This document shows, one piece after another, positions 53,689 through 53,766 of a stretch of 53,766 nucleotides of DNA (position 1 is the stretch's first letter; every line of letters begins with the position of its first letter). The stretch is from Sulfurimonas sp. (GTDB lineage: Bacteria > Campylobacterota > Campylobacteria > Campylobacterales > Sulfurimonadaceae): the NCBI GenBank assembly GCA_027063745.1, contig JAMORG010000001.1, positions 1 through 53,766 of the forward strand, given 5' to 3'. The notes beneath the pieces were generated by a model. That model did no database searches. It was not told the origin of the DNA and worked only from the letters and a program-made list of their open reading frames with translations. Position numbers and translations under genes: made by a program.

Positions 53689-53766
53689 ATGGCACTTATA
53701 GACTTACAAAACATTTCAAAACACTACTCGGCACAGAAGATTCTTACAGAGGTTAACTTTCATGTT
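53689..53766 (+). CDS. N-terminus of an ABC ATP-binding protein, probably ABC-F/Uup-like (partial)
   Basis: MALIDLQNISKHYSAQKILTEVNFHV runs off the window edge; TGcTATCAT extended -10 at 53653-53661. Confidence 0.65.
   Translation, partial: MALIDLQNISKHYSAQKILTEVNFHV

Noticed and set aside
1-53766. tRNA, rRNA, CRISPR array, dif site, intact transposase
   Set aside because: Intergenic gaps are short and AT-rich, and by eye none showed these signatures.

Overview
A gene-dense, AT-rich chromosomal segment, most likely from a Campylobacterota bacterium of the Sulfurimonas type (inferred from gene content, gene order and TAnAAT-type promoters). It is mostly core genes: cydAB, pyrD, dapA, pgsA, rseP, yggS, polA, an xerD-like recombinase, gatC, pilT, argD, cheV, oadGAB, htpG and ahpC, plus two GGDEF-EAL proteins and several transport and redox genes. 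I found no rRNA, tRNA, CRISPR array, prophage or intact transposase. The strongest unexplained signal is the octamer CTCACGCA/TGCGTGAG. I counted at least 33 copies by hand, against roughly 1 expected from base composition. They are 26:7 strand-biased and occur in several reading frames and both gene orientations, which fits a Chi-like or other polar chromosomal signal. Other observations: small ORFs missed by the ORF track (a CydX/CydY-like peptide, a 44-aa CxxC peptide, a 56-aa membrane peptide), six apparently leaderless genes, a probable ATA start codon, a hairpin covering an RBS and start codon with a promoter inside it, a HAIR-like operator at htpG, a binding-protein plus c-di-GMP sensor pair, and a gene remnant cut by a possible IS3-type end. 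Product calls come from motif recognition, not database searches, and counts are manual.
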